A stretch of DNA of 63,967 nucleotides from Patescibacteria group bacterium (GTDB lineage: Bacteria; Patescibacteriota; Patescibacteriia; UBA9934): NCBI GenBank assembly GCA_041661425.1, contig JBAZUI010000005.1:1-63967 (forward strand). Direction: 5' to 3'. The notes beneath the pieces were generated by a model. It worked only from the letters and a program-made list of their open reading frames with translations, searched no databases and had not been told where the DNA came from. Made by a program: the position numbers and the translations under genes. This document shows positions 35,681 through 43,316 of this stretch, in pieces (the first letter of the stretch is position 1; every line of letters starts with the position of its first letter).

Positions 35681-36083
35681 AAAAAAATGCTCCAGGGCAA
35701 GGGGCCTTGGAGCAGACGAAAAGAGAAGAATGCGGTGCGTAGAACAAGAAAAAGATAGTGTAGAGGGTTTCGTGGTTTGGCATCCGCCACATGTCCGATA
35801 AGCCGGAGTGACTTCTCAACAGCTTATCCCAAAGCGGATTGGCCTCGGTGGTGGGTTCTCACGCTCTTCGCTATTGGACCTCTAACGAAGCATCCCACTT
35901 CTCACATCCCCCTCACCCTGAATGTGAGCTTGGTGCGTGAGTTTACCCCATGATCAAGAGGCTACCTGCAAAAGTAACACGTTCTTGATCACACAAGACA
36001 GGCGTAGAACTCGCCCCTGACATATTCGACCTCGCCACGACCACAGCTACGTCTTTTGTTCCTCTTCTCCTACGCACCGCAGT
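35681..36083 (-). ncRNA. Unassigned structured RNA candidate Y (~400 nt) with its own promoter and terminator
   Basis: A 12-bp closing helix TGCGGTGCGTAG / CTACGCACCGCA encloses ~330 nt of hairpin-rich, ORF-poor sequence. Terminator hairpin GCTCCAAGGCC..GGCCCTGGAGC plus T7 at 35681-35713. Confidence 0.5.
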
Positions 36084-36089
36084 GTGGTG

Positions 36090-36118
36090 AAAGTACAGGA
36101 AAATCCAACAAAAGTCAA
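36090..36118 (-). promoter_or_regulatory. Sigma70-type promoter for RNA candidate Y
   Basis: Minus strand reads TTGACT-17 nt-TACTTT, immediately after the preceding terminator. Confidence 0.55.
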
Positions 36119-36411
36119 TAAAAATAGAACCCCACTGGAGGAGGTTCCGGTGGGGAGAATAAAATTGTGCGGTGTCGTTTTTTGCCGGGTGAGTTTGGGG
36201 GGCGTTCCCGAGAGAGGGCGGATTGAAAGGCTAGATTCACTCATGAATCAGCCGATGCCTCAAGCTTTTTTCTGTGCTCAAACCCGTGAGGGGAGCAACA
36301 GATATTGTGCTTGAACTTCGTCTTTTAGACGAAGGCCTGTCGGCATTTATTTTTCAACTTCTCAATCCCGGGTGACGGGGAAGGGCCCAGTGCGAAAAGA
36401 CGTCACCGCGC
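36119..36411 (-). ncRNA. Unassigned structured RNA candidate X (~290 nt) with its own promoter and terminator
   Basis: ORF-poor. Nested helices include GGTGACG..CGTCACC, GCCGACAGG..GCATCGGC and CTTCGTCT-AAA-AGACGAAG. Terminator CCCCACCGG..CCAGTGGGG plus T-rich run at 36119-36155. Confidence 0.45.
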
Positions 36412-36417
36412 GAAAAA

Positions 36418-36446
36418 AGAGTATCCCTTTTTTATAAATTTGTCAA
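36418..36446 (-). promoter_or_regulatory. Sigma70-type promoter for RNA candidate X
   Basis: Minus strand reads TTGACA-17 nt-TACTCT. Confidence 0.5.
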
Positions 36447-36456
36447 GAGTTAGCCT

Positions 36457-36488
36457 AAAAAACGAAAAGCCACGGGTTTAGCCGTGGG
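36457..36488 (-). terminator. Terminator after the GC-rich small gene
   Basis: Minus strand reads CCACGG-CTAAAC-CCGTGG followed by CTTTTCGTTTTTT. Confidence 0.65.
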
Positions 36489-36523
36489 AGGAGGCGGTTA
36501 GGCTCGAGCGGAGGATTGTCCGT

Positions 36524-36913
36524 CTACGAAACGGAGATGTCCGCGGGCCAGAGTTGGGGGCGCCTCGCCTGAATGGGCGGGCGGGCCGTGGGGATGGGGG
36601 CGCGGTCGAGGCCGAGGCTCAACACCTCGGGCGGCAAGAACGCGTGGAGGTAGAAGGGGATTTTCCGGACAAAAGTCCGGTAGTGGTACTGCCACTCAGT
36701 CTCGTTGGTAGCAGTGAGATCGACGATCCACTGCGCGAGAGTGTGGAGCCAAATCACGTTTTCCGGGCTCCTCTCGACCATGGGCATGATCGAGGTGATC
36801 GCGCTCATGAGTGCCCTCTGGTGCTCATTCATGCAGGCCCGCACGATCTTGAGCCTCCGAGAAGAACGGTGATGCTGTCGACGACCCTTGATTTCGGACT
36901 GGTGAAGACTCAT
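36524..36913 (-). CDS. Hypothetical 129-aa protein in a visibly GC-richer islet
   Basis: ATG at 36913 is preceded by GGAGG ~8 nt upstream. Third codon positions are mostly G/C. Own terminator. No family recognised. Confidence 0.6.
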   Translation of the reverse strand: MSLHQSEIKGRRQHHRSSRRLKIVRACMNEHQRALMSAITSIMPMVERSPENVIWLHTLAQWIVDLTATNETEWQYHYRTFVRKIPFYLHAFLPPEVLSLGLDRAPIPTARPPIQARRPQLWPADISVS

Positions 36914-37038
36914 GGTGAGTCCTCCGTGCTGGGGTGGGAATATCCTGTTGATCCAAGCCGGGCGGCTAGGACCAGGAAAGAATACCAAAAAAACCGCTTT
37001 TGTCAAGGGAAGCGGTTCTTTTTTTGTTTTGTTTTTTG

Positions 37039-37536
37039 TTACTTGGCTGCGATTTGAATATCAGTATTGCGCCGGTAAGCCTGTTGAATAAGTTCTTCGA
37101 GGAATTGATTCTGGACATCTTCGTTGCTTGCGAAGAATTGATTAGAACGAAGAATCCGTGCTCGCAGATTATCTTTTTCGTTGTTGGTAAGATGCGCCCA
37201 TTCAAGATGGTCTTGGAGATTTGATATTGACTGTTTTATTCGTTCCTCAGCAAGCTCCTTTTGCACACCCTTTTCTAGATTGGGGATGCTCTTTTGATAG
37301 GCCTGAATGACCTCGGGACCATATTCCCAGGCGGTTTGCGCGATGTCGCGATGAAGGCGTTTTTTTATTGAATCGTGTCCCGTGGCATGTGTTTCCTCAA
37401 GGATGACATGTGAGACGAATCGGATAAGTTCGTTTTTTCGATCTTCGGAAAAGAAATTCTCAAGAGAGATTTGTTTTTGATTATTTTCCTGATTTGCCGG
37501 TTTTTCCGGTTGCGGGAATCGTTCGAAGACGTTCAT
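37039..37536 (-). CDS. Hypothetical protein
   Basis: 165-aa ORF starting 4 nt after the trpS stop. Confidence 0.6.
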   Translation of the reverse strand: MNVFERFPQPEKPANQENNQKQISLENFFSEDRKNELIRFVSHVILEETHATGHDSIKKRLHRDIAQTAWEYGPEVIQAYQKSIPNLEKGVQKELAEERIKQSISNLQDHLEWAHLTNNEKDNLRARILRSNQFFASNEDVQNQFLEELIQQAYRRNTDIQIAAK

Positions 37537-37539
37537 AAC

Positions 37540-38520
37540 TTAGAGCTTGAGGCCAATATTTGTTTTCACCGTGTTGAGCGTATCGTGTGCAATGTGATGG
37601 GCTGCTTCTGATCCAATCGTGAGGATTTTCTTGAGTTCATCTTCGTTTTTGAGGTATCCCAGGATTTCCGCACGTAACGGTCGGAGGGAAAGAATGATAG
37701 CTTCGGTAAGGTCATCTTTGAGTGCCTTTGCGCCCTTTGTGGCATATTGTGCGGCAACTGCGTCGGGTTTTTCCTTTGTGATGATTCCAAAAATCGTGAG
37801 GAGATTATGAAGGCCGGTTCGTTGTTCATCGAACGTGATGGTGGGGGAGGAATCTGTGACCGCGCTGCGAATTTTTTTGGCAATCATTTCATCGTCATCG
37901 AGGAGCGATAGATAACTCTTGGCGCTCGGGGCGCTCTTGCTCATCTTTTTTTCCGGTTCGGAAAGGGATTTAATTCGTGCCCCGCTTTTTGGAATGAGGG
38001 GTTCGGGAATGGTAAACGTCTCTCCGAATCGTGTATTGAAACGAAGGGCCAAATCGCGTGTGAGCTCGATATGTTGTTTTTGATCGGCTCCCACGGGCAC
38101 ACCTTCGGCGTGATAAAGAAGGATGTCGGCGGCTTGGAGCATGGGGTAGGCAAAAAGTCCAACCGAGGTTCGTTTCCCCTGGCTCGCACTTTTATCTTTA
38201 AATTGCGTCATGCGCTCGGCTTCACCCAAGGAGGTGATCGTCTCCATAATCCAGGCGAGTTCGGTATGCTCTGGAACTTGGGATTGTTGGAAAAGGATGG
38301 TTCGTTTTGGATCGACTCCCGCCGCAAGATAGGCGGCCGTGGCAAAATAAATGGCCTTTCGGAGATCCTCGGGTTTTCGTTCAATCGTGATTGCATGATA
38401 ATCCGCAATCATCATGAAAACATCGTTTTTTTCTTGGAGCGTTGATGCAGGAATCAGGGCGCCAAAAAGATTGCCGATGTGAAGAGTGTTCGTGGGTTGA
38501 ATGCCAGTAAGAATACGCAT
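37540..38520 (-). CDS. trpS: Tryptophanyl-tRNA synthetase
   Basis: TGIQPTNTLHIGNLFGAL (HIGH-like) and KMSKS. Confidence 0.93.
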   Translation of the reverse strand: MRILTGIQPTNTLHIGNLFGALIPASTLQEKNDVFMMIADYHAITIERKPEDLRKAIYFATAAYLAAGVDPKRTILFQQSQVPEHTELAWIMETITSLGEAERMTQFKDKSASQGKRTSVGLFAYPMLQAADILLYHAEGVPVGADQKQHIELTRDLALRFNTRFGETFTIPEPLIPKSGARIKSLSEPEKKMSKSAPSAKSYLSLLDDDEMIAKKIRSAVTDSSPTITFDEQRTGLHNLLTIFGIITKEKPDAVAAQYATKGAKALKDDLTEAIILSLRPLRAEILGYLKNEDELKKILTIGSEAAHHIAHDTLNTVKTNIGLKL

Positions 38521-38663
38521 AGATGCAGAGAACAATAATCATTGTTCCTTCAGCATAACAAAATCGGGAGGATTATTCCATTTCGTGCATCATCAACATT
38601 GAGGCCCATTATCACTGGCCCTTACAGATTCCGTATAGGTGGATCTGTGACCCACCTAAATGG

Positions 38664-40457
38664 TTACAGTTCGATCACCACTGGCAAGACCATGGGGCGG
38701 CGTTCTGTTTTTGTGAAGAGGAATTTTCCGACCTCATCGCGAATGGTATTCTTGATGAATTTCGTATCGGCCGCTGATTGAGGGTCCGGATCTTTTCCAG
38801 CGAATTTTTGGACAATTTTTTTCGTGTGCTCTGCGAGTTCGTGATTATCTTTCATCTGCACAAATCCTCGGCTCATAATTTCTGGAGGGCCAATCATGGC
38901 ACCGGTTTTTTTATCGATTTGAACAATGATCACCACAACTCCATCATCAGAAAGTGTTTTGCGATCGCGAAGGACAATTTGGGAGACATCCCCAACACCA
39001 AGCCCATCCACGAAAACATGTTCAGCGGGTACACGCTCTTCTGTCAGTTTTACGATCGAATCGCCCTTGCGGTCTTTTTCCACGGTGACGACTTGGCCAT
39101 TATCGGCGATGATGACATCGGATTCCTTATACCCGAGTGCAAGAGCCACTTCCGCATTTTCTCGAAGAAGAAAGTGGAGTCCTTCAATTGGCATGTAATA
39201 TTTTGGTTTGAGCAGTGTGAGAAGAAGTTTGATATCTTCCTTTTTTGCATGGCCGCCGGCGTGGACATCCATAATTTCTTTTTGGATCACCATGGCGCGC
39301 TTTCGAGAGAAGGTATCCTTGAGGCGTTGCACAGAATTTTCATTTCCGGGAATAATTGAGCTCGAGAAAATAACCGTATCACCTTTTTTGACATGAATGG
39401 AACGGTGCTCATCATTGGCAATACGACTGAGCGCTGCATTTTTTTCACCCTGCGCACCGGTACAAATAATAAGGACCTTATCATCGGGGTAATCTTCAAC
39501 CGCTTCAATCGGGATGAAGATTTTTGGATTCACCTGCATGTGGCTCAATCGGATGGCGATTTCCACATTCGATTTCATAGAAAACCCATCAATCGCGATT
39601 TTGCGTCCAAGGATTTCCGCAATCTGAATCACCTGCGTCACGCGTGAAAGCAAAGAGGAAAATGTTCCAATAATAATGCGACCGCGCGCATTGGCGATAA
39701 TGCTATATAGTTCAGCACCAATAACCTTTTCCGATATTTGGTGCCCGGGCATATTCGAATTCGTTGAATCGCCCATGAGGAGGGTTACTCCTTTTTCGCC
39801 CCAGGAAGCCATTTTGTGGATATCGGTTGTTTTGGTGCCTACCGGATGAAAATCGAATTTCCAATCCCCGGTATGGATAATATTTCCCGCCGGCGTTTCC
39901 ACCACCACCATCGCACAATCCGGAATATTGTGATTGATATGGATGAAGCTCACTTTGAAGACGCCGAGCTGGAGGACAGTGTCGATGGTGAGGTCTTTTA
40001 CGGTGATGTGAGAGTTTCGAAAATCGGTTTGGCGCTTCCGGATGATGCCTGCGGCCATGGGGAGGGCATAGACCGGAGGATTGCCTATTTGCGGGATGGC
40101 ATGAGGAATTCCACCGATGTGATCAAGATGTCCGTGGGTGATAATCACGCCACGCACATTTTTTTCCTTGCCCTTGAGGTAACTCATGTTCGGGATGATG
40201 TAGTCGACCCCCGGCATTTCCTCATCTGGGAATTCGAGTCCCATGTCAATAAGAATGATGTCGTTTTTGTATTCGATGAGTGTACAGTTGCGCCCGACTT
40301 CTTCGAGTCCGCCAAGGACCATGACGCGTACCGCATCGCCTTGGGGCGCGCGGAAGACGTGAAGTCGGTTACGATCGATGGGCGGTCGTCGCATTTGATT
40401 GCGCGGATGAATGCGTCCACGTGATCTTGGACGAAAATTTGGTTTTGGATCTGCCAT
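38664..40457 (-). CDS. rnj: Ribonuclease J (beta-CASP metallo-beta-lactamase)
   Basis: ITHGHLDHIGG motif; size and order of the beta-CASP motifs fit RNase J. Confidence 0.9.
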   Translation of the reverse strand: MADPKPNFRPRSRGRIHPRNQMRRPPIDRNRLHVFRAPQGDAVRVMVLGGLEEVGRNCTLIEYKNDIILIDMGLEFPDEEMPGVDYIIPNMSYLKGKEKNVRGVIITHGHLDHIGGIPHAIPQIGNPPVYALPMAAGIIRKRQTDFRNSHITVKDLTIDTVLQLGVFKVSFIHINHNIPDCAMVVVETPAGNIIHTGDWKFDFHPVGTKTTDIHKMASWGEKGVTLLMGDSTNSNMPGHQISEKVIGAELYSIIANARGRIIIGTFSSLLSRVTQVIQIAEILGRKIAIDGFSMKSNVEIAIRLSHMQVNPKIFIPIEAVEDYPDDKVLIICTGAQGEKNAALSRIANDEHRSIHVKKGDTVIFSSSIIPGNENSVQRLKDTFSRKRAMVIQKEIMDVHAGGHAKKEDIKLLLTLLKPKYYMPIEGLHFLLRENAEVALALGYKESDVIIADNGQVVTVEKDRKGDSIVKLTEERVPAEHVFVDGLGVGDVSQIVLRDRKTLSDDGVVVIIVQIDKKTGAMIGPPEIMSRGFVQMKDNHELAEHTKKIVQKFAGKDPDPQSAADTKFIKNTIRDEVGKFLFTKTERRPMVLPVVIEL

Positions 40458-40577
40458 AAGAATAACATTGGTTCCCGGTTCAATGGCCGGGAAGAATTAA
40501 GAGAAAATTATTTGTCTGTCTTCGACGTGTTCGGAGAAAGACAAATGAGTTTCTCGATGAATTGATTTTTTATTCCT

Positions 40578-40788
40578 GGTGCCGGGCAGGATGGCTGTAT
40601 CATTCTTCGTTCCGACTGACGAGGTAGGCTTGAATGGCCTGTTCGCGTCCTCCTACGCTCCTCAGCATTACCTCGGAGCTTCGGAGGACAGCCGTAGCTT
40701 CAGCCGACAAGCAGGGTGGCTTGCCAGCCGTTTTATCCACCGTAACTCTAGTGAAGGTGGAAGCTTCAGCGATAGCTGAAGCGAAGGC
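40578..40788 (-). repeat. Family C tRNA-trailer element (copy 3), following the displaced tRNA-Leu 3' fragment
   Basis: Minus strand begins GCCTTCGCTTCAGCTATCGCTGAAGCTTCCACCTTCACTAGAGTTACGGTGGATAAAACGG..., near-identical to 51257-51470. Confidence 0.85.
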
Positions 40789-40809
40789 TGGTGGGCGGAG
40801 AGGGACTCG
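40789..40809 (-). repeat. Orphan copy of the tRNA-Leu(CAG) 3' end (T-loop to CCA)
   Basis: TGGTGGGCGGAGAGGGACTCG is identical to 40936-40956. Confidence 0.95.
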
Positions 40810-40935
40810 GCCTCGACTCTCGGCTTGCCGTCGCAAGCCTCGGTCTGGCCACCGCCTCGCCATTCTGCCTGCTGGCAGAATATGGCTCCGGCGTTCGAGT
40901 CCATTAACAAGCCAAATGGTTGGCTTGTCGACCCT
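40810..40935 (-). mobile_element. Short family B element inserted between tRNA-Leu(CAG) and its displaced 3' end
   Basis: Shares CTCGGCTTGCCGTCGCAAGCCTCGG and GTTCGAGTCC..ACAAGCCAAATGGTTGGCTTGT with the B copies at 5634 and 63358. Confidence 0.7.
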
Positions 40936-41021
40936 TGGTGGGCGGAGAGGGACTCGAACCCTCAAGAGATTACTCTCACAAGCTTCTGAAACTTGCGTGT
41001 CTACCGTTTCACCATCCGCCC
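40936..41021 (-). tRNA. tRNA-Leu (anticodon CAG), long variable arm, CCA encoded
   Basis: Manual fold: acceptor GGGCGGA.., anticodon arm CAAGT-TTCAGAA-GCTTG, T-arm GAGGG-TTCGAGT-CCCTC. Confidence 0.9.
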
Positions 41022-41040
41022 GAAATGAAAAAGGAACGTA

Positions 41041-42963
41041 TCATTCTCCCGGCGTTGTGTCAACGGCCGGTTCCTCAGTTGTCGACGTTGTTTCTGTGGT
41101 TTCTTCTGTTGAATCAGTGACCTCTTCAGCTTTCGGTGCAAAGGTTCGTTTTGTTTTAATATACCAGTCCGCTATATCCGCAAGACGATCGGAAGGAGAT
41201 GTCATAAGGCTTATAGAACCTTCATTGATGCGGCTCGGCAAAACATAAGAGTATTTTGGTTGATACAAGAAGATCGCCGGGACTTCCTCGGCAATAAGCA
41301 CTTGAAGGTTTTGATAGGCTTCTGCGCGTTTTACAAGATCGTTGGTGGTGCGGCCGGCTTCGATGTATTCATCGGCTTTGCGATAGCTAAACATGGAGAG
41401 ATTGAGTCCGGGGAAGTTTGCCTGGGAAGAGTGCCAGAACGCGTAGGGATCAGGGTCGACTCCATACAACTCTCCGGAGAGGAGCATATCATAATCGCGG
41501 TTCTTGAGGATATCGCTTTGAAGCTCCACATTCGTGACAATTTTGATTTGAAGATCAACTCCGGCCGTTGCCCATTGATCTTTTATGAGCTTCGCAGTTT
41601 CAACAAGTTCTGTGGCATTTAATGTCACAAGTTCTAATGTCAGTGTGGCGTCGCCATTGGTACGAATGCTTGCTCCCTCGGCAAGCGTCCAATCTTCTTC
41701 CTCAAGTTTCGCTTTTGCACCTTCAAGATCAAACGCGATGGTGGCAAGATCTGTTTTTTCACCAATCATCCCCGGAAGAATACAAGAATTGATTGGCGTT
41801 CCAAATCCAGAGAGCGCGGATGCGATAATGGCGTTTTTATCTGTCGCCATGCTGAGAGCGGTACGGACGGCATCGTTGGCAAGGATCGAACTGTGAGATT
41901 GATTGAAGAAAATGGCCGTGTATTGGGCAATATCAGGATGATAAATCGTTAGATCATGATCACTTTCAAAATCCTGCACGTCATTACTCGAAAGATAGGC
42001 TAACCCTTCCACATTGTGATTGCGGAGAGCGTCCGCAGCTTCCGCGGTACTTCCATAGAATTTAAATGTGATGGATTCCAAGTAAGGTGTTGTGCGATAA
42101 AAACGTTCGTCGCGCACAAACGTATAGCTGCGGACATTTCCATCTGTATCTTTCACGAGTTTTTCGAATTTATACGGTCCGGAACCGATTGGTTTTTTAT
42201 TGAGCGCGGCGGTTGCGGCATTTGCCGGAGCAATGTTTTGCCAAAGATGGGAAGGAAGAATACCGGTGGTAAGAAGAGAGAGAAAAGGAGCGAATGGTTC
42301 TGAAAGCGTAAAAATAATGGTCCGCTCATCTGTTTGTGTTACCCCGATCCCGGCAAAACTCACAGAAAGGGGACTGCGATAATCCGGATTTTGAATCGCA
42401 GAAATCGTAAACACGACATCATCGGCAATCACGGGTTTCGCGTCATGCCAACGAGCGTCGGAGCGAAGGATGAATGTGTAGGTTTTTTCATCTTCGGAAA
42501 TAGTATAGGATTCCGCGAGATCCGCAACAAGATTTCCTTCGGAATCCGTGCGCATAAGCCCACTGTAAACCAAGCGTGAAAGATCGCTGTCAACATCGCT
42601 CGACATGGCATAGAGCGGATTGATGAGCTGAGGAATGCCGACGATTCCTTCAGTATAGGTACCCCCGACAGCGGGAATGACAATTTGAGACGAATGATAG
42701 AGTTTCCATCCCAAGAAAAGTCCACCAAAAACAAGAACAAGAAGAGCCGCGCCCGCAATTTTTTTTTCTTTTGATGAAAGAAGGGTCGGAAAAACGCGAA
42801 GCTGGGCAACGCTTGGAACCGCAGGAGTATTACGCGCGCGAAGAACCTGATTCATGGCTCGACTATCGTTTGATTTTGTATGCTTGCCATGAACGAAAAA
42901 AGCCCGAATGGAATGAATCCATCGTTTTGGTGCTTTGAAAATAGTTCGGCCTTTTAAAGCCAT
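41041..42963 (-). CDS. ABC transporter substrate-binding protein, family 5 (peptide/nickel type)
   Basis: N-terminal TM anchor and a GGTYTEG..LINPL..SDLSRLVYSGL SBP-5 N-terminal signature. Confidence 0.8.
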   Translation of the reverse strand: MALKGRTIFKAPKRWIHSIRAFFVHGKHTKSNDSRAMNQVLRARNTPAVPSVAQLRVFPTLLSSKEKKIAGAALLVLVFGGLFLGWKLYHSSQIVIPAVGGTYTEGIVGIPQLINPLYAMSSDVDSDLSRLVYSGLMRTDSEGNLVADLAESYTISEDEKTYTFILRSDARWHDAKPVIADDVVFTISAIQNPDYRSPLSVSFAGIGVTQTDERTIIFTLSEPFAPFLSLLTTGILPSHLWQNIAPANAATAALNKKPIGSGPYKFEKLVKDTDGNVRSYTFVRDERFYRTTPYLESITFKFYGSTAEAADALRNHNVEGLAYLSSNDVQDFESDHDLTIYHPDIAQYTAIFFNQSHSSILANDAVRTALSMATDKNAIIASALSGFGTPINSCILPGMIGEKTDLATIAFDLEGAKAKLEEEDWTLAEGASIRTNGDATLTLELVTLNATELVETAKLIKDQWATAGVDLQIKIVTNVELQSDILKNRDYDMLLSGELYGVDPDPYAFWHSSQANFPGLNLSMFSYRKADEYIEAGRTTNDLVKRAEAYQNLQVLIAEEVPAIFLYQPKYSYVLPSRINEGSISLMTSPSDRLADIADWYIKTKRTFAPKAEEVTDSTEETTETTSTTEEPAVDTTPGE

Positions 42964-42987
42964 GGGACAAGACGCCTGGGGCGCCGA

Positions 42988-43203
42988 TTAAAGGTCGAAG
43001 AGAACGTTAGCGAGTGAGATGCCGAAAAAGAGAATGGCAAGGATAATGGTTGCCATATGAAGTTTTTTTTCAATGCCACGCTTCGTGCGAAAGACATTTC
43101 CTTCACCACCGAATGCGGCCCCAAGACCCGATCCGCGCGCTTGCAATAAAATAGCTGCCACAAGAAGCGCTGAGAGAAGACACTGGAAGATATTGAGGAT
43201 CAT
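42988..43203 (-). CDS. secG: Preprotein translocase subunit SecG
   Basis: 71 aa with two TM helices and LLQARGSGLGAAFGG. Confidence 0.88.
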   Translation of the reverse strand: MILNIFQCLLSALLVAAILLQARGSGLGAAFGGEGNVFRTKRGIEKKLHMATIILAILFFGISLANVLFDL

Positions 43204-43316
43204 AGCGAAAAAATCCTATCAAACCGGGCTGATTCTGTCAATCAATCCCAAGAGCCTCTTTAGTATATCAAAGTTCGGTAGGAATGCAGAGAGAAGAATG
43301 ATAGAATAGGGGTCAT

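Noticed and set aside
35681-36411. tmRNA, SRP RNA or 6S RNA identity for RNA candidates X and Y.
   Set aside because: I could not find a tRNA-like acceptor/T-arm ending in CCA, a resume-codon/tag ORF, the SRP domain IV GGAA/AGCAGC motif, or a 6S-like single long bulged helix. I left them unassigned rather than naming them.
36554-37057. 167-aa plus-strand ORF overlapping 36524-36913.
   Set aside because: The minus-strand frame has a Shine-Dalgarno, an ATG, G/C-rich third codon positions and a downstream terminator. The plus-strand ORF lacks these and runs into the neighbouring gene's 3' end.
38778-40424. ORFs 38778-39359(+) and 39816-40424(+).
   Set aside because: They are antisense to RNase J, which has the HGHLDHIGG motif and full-length family architecture.
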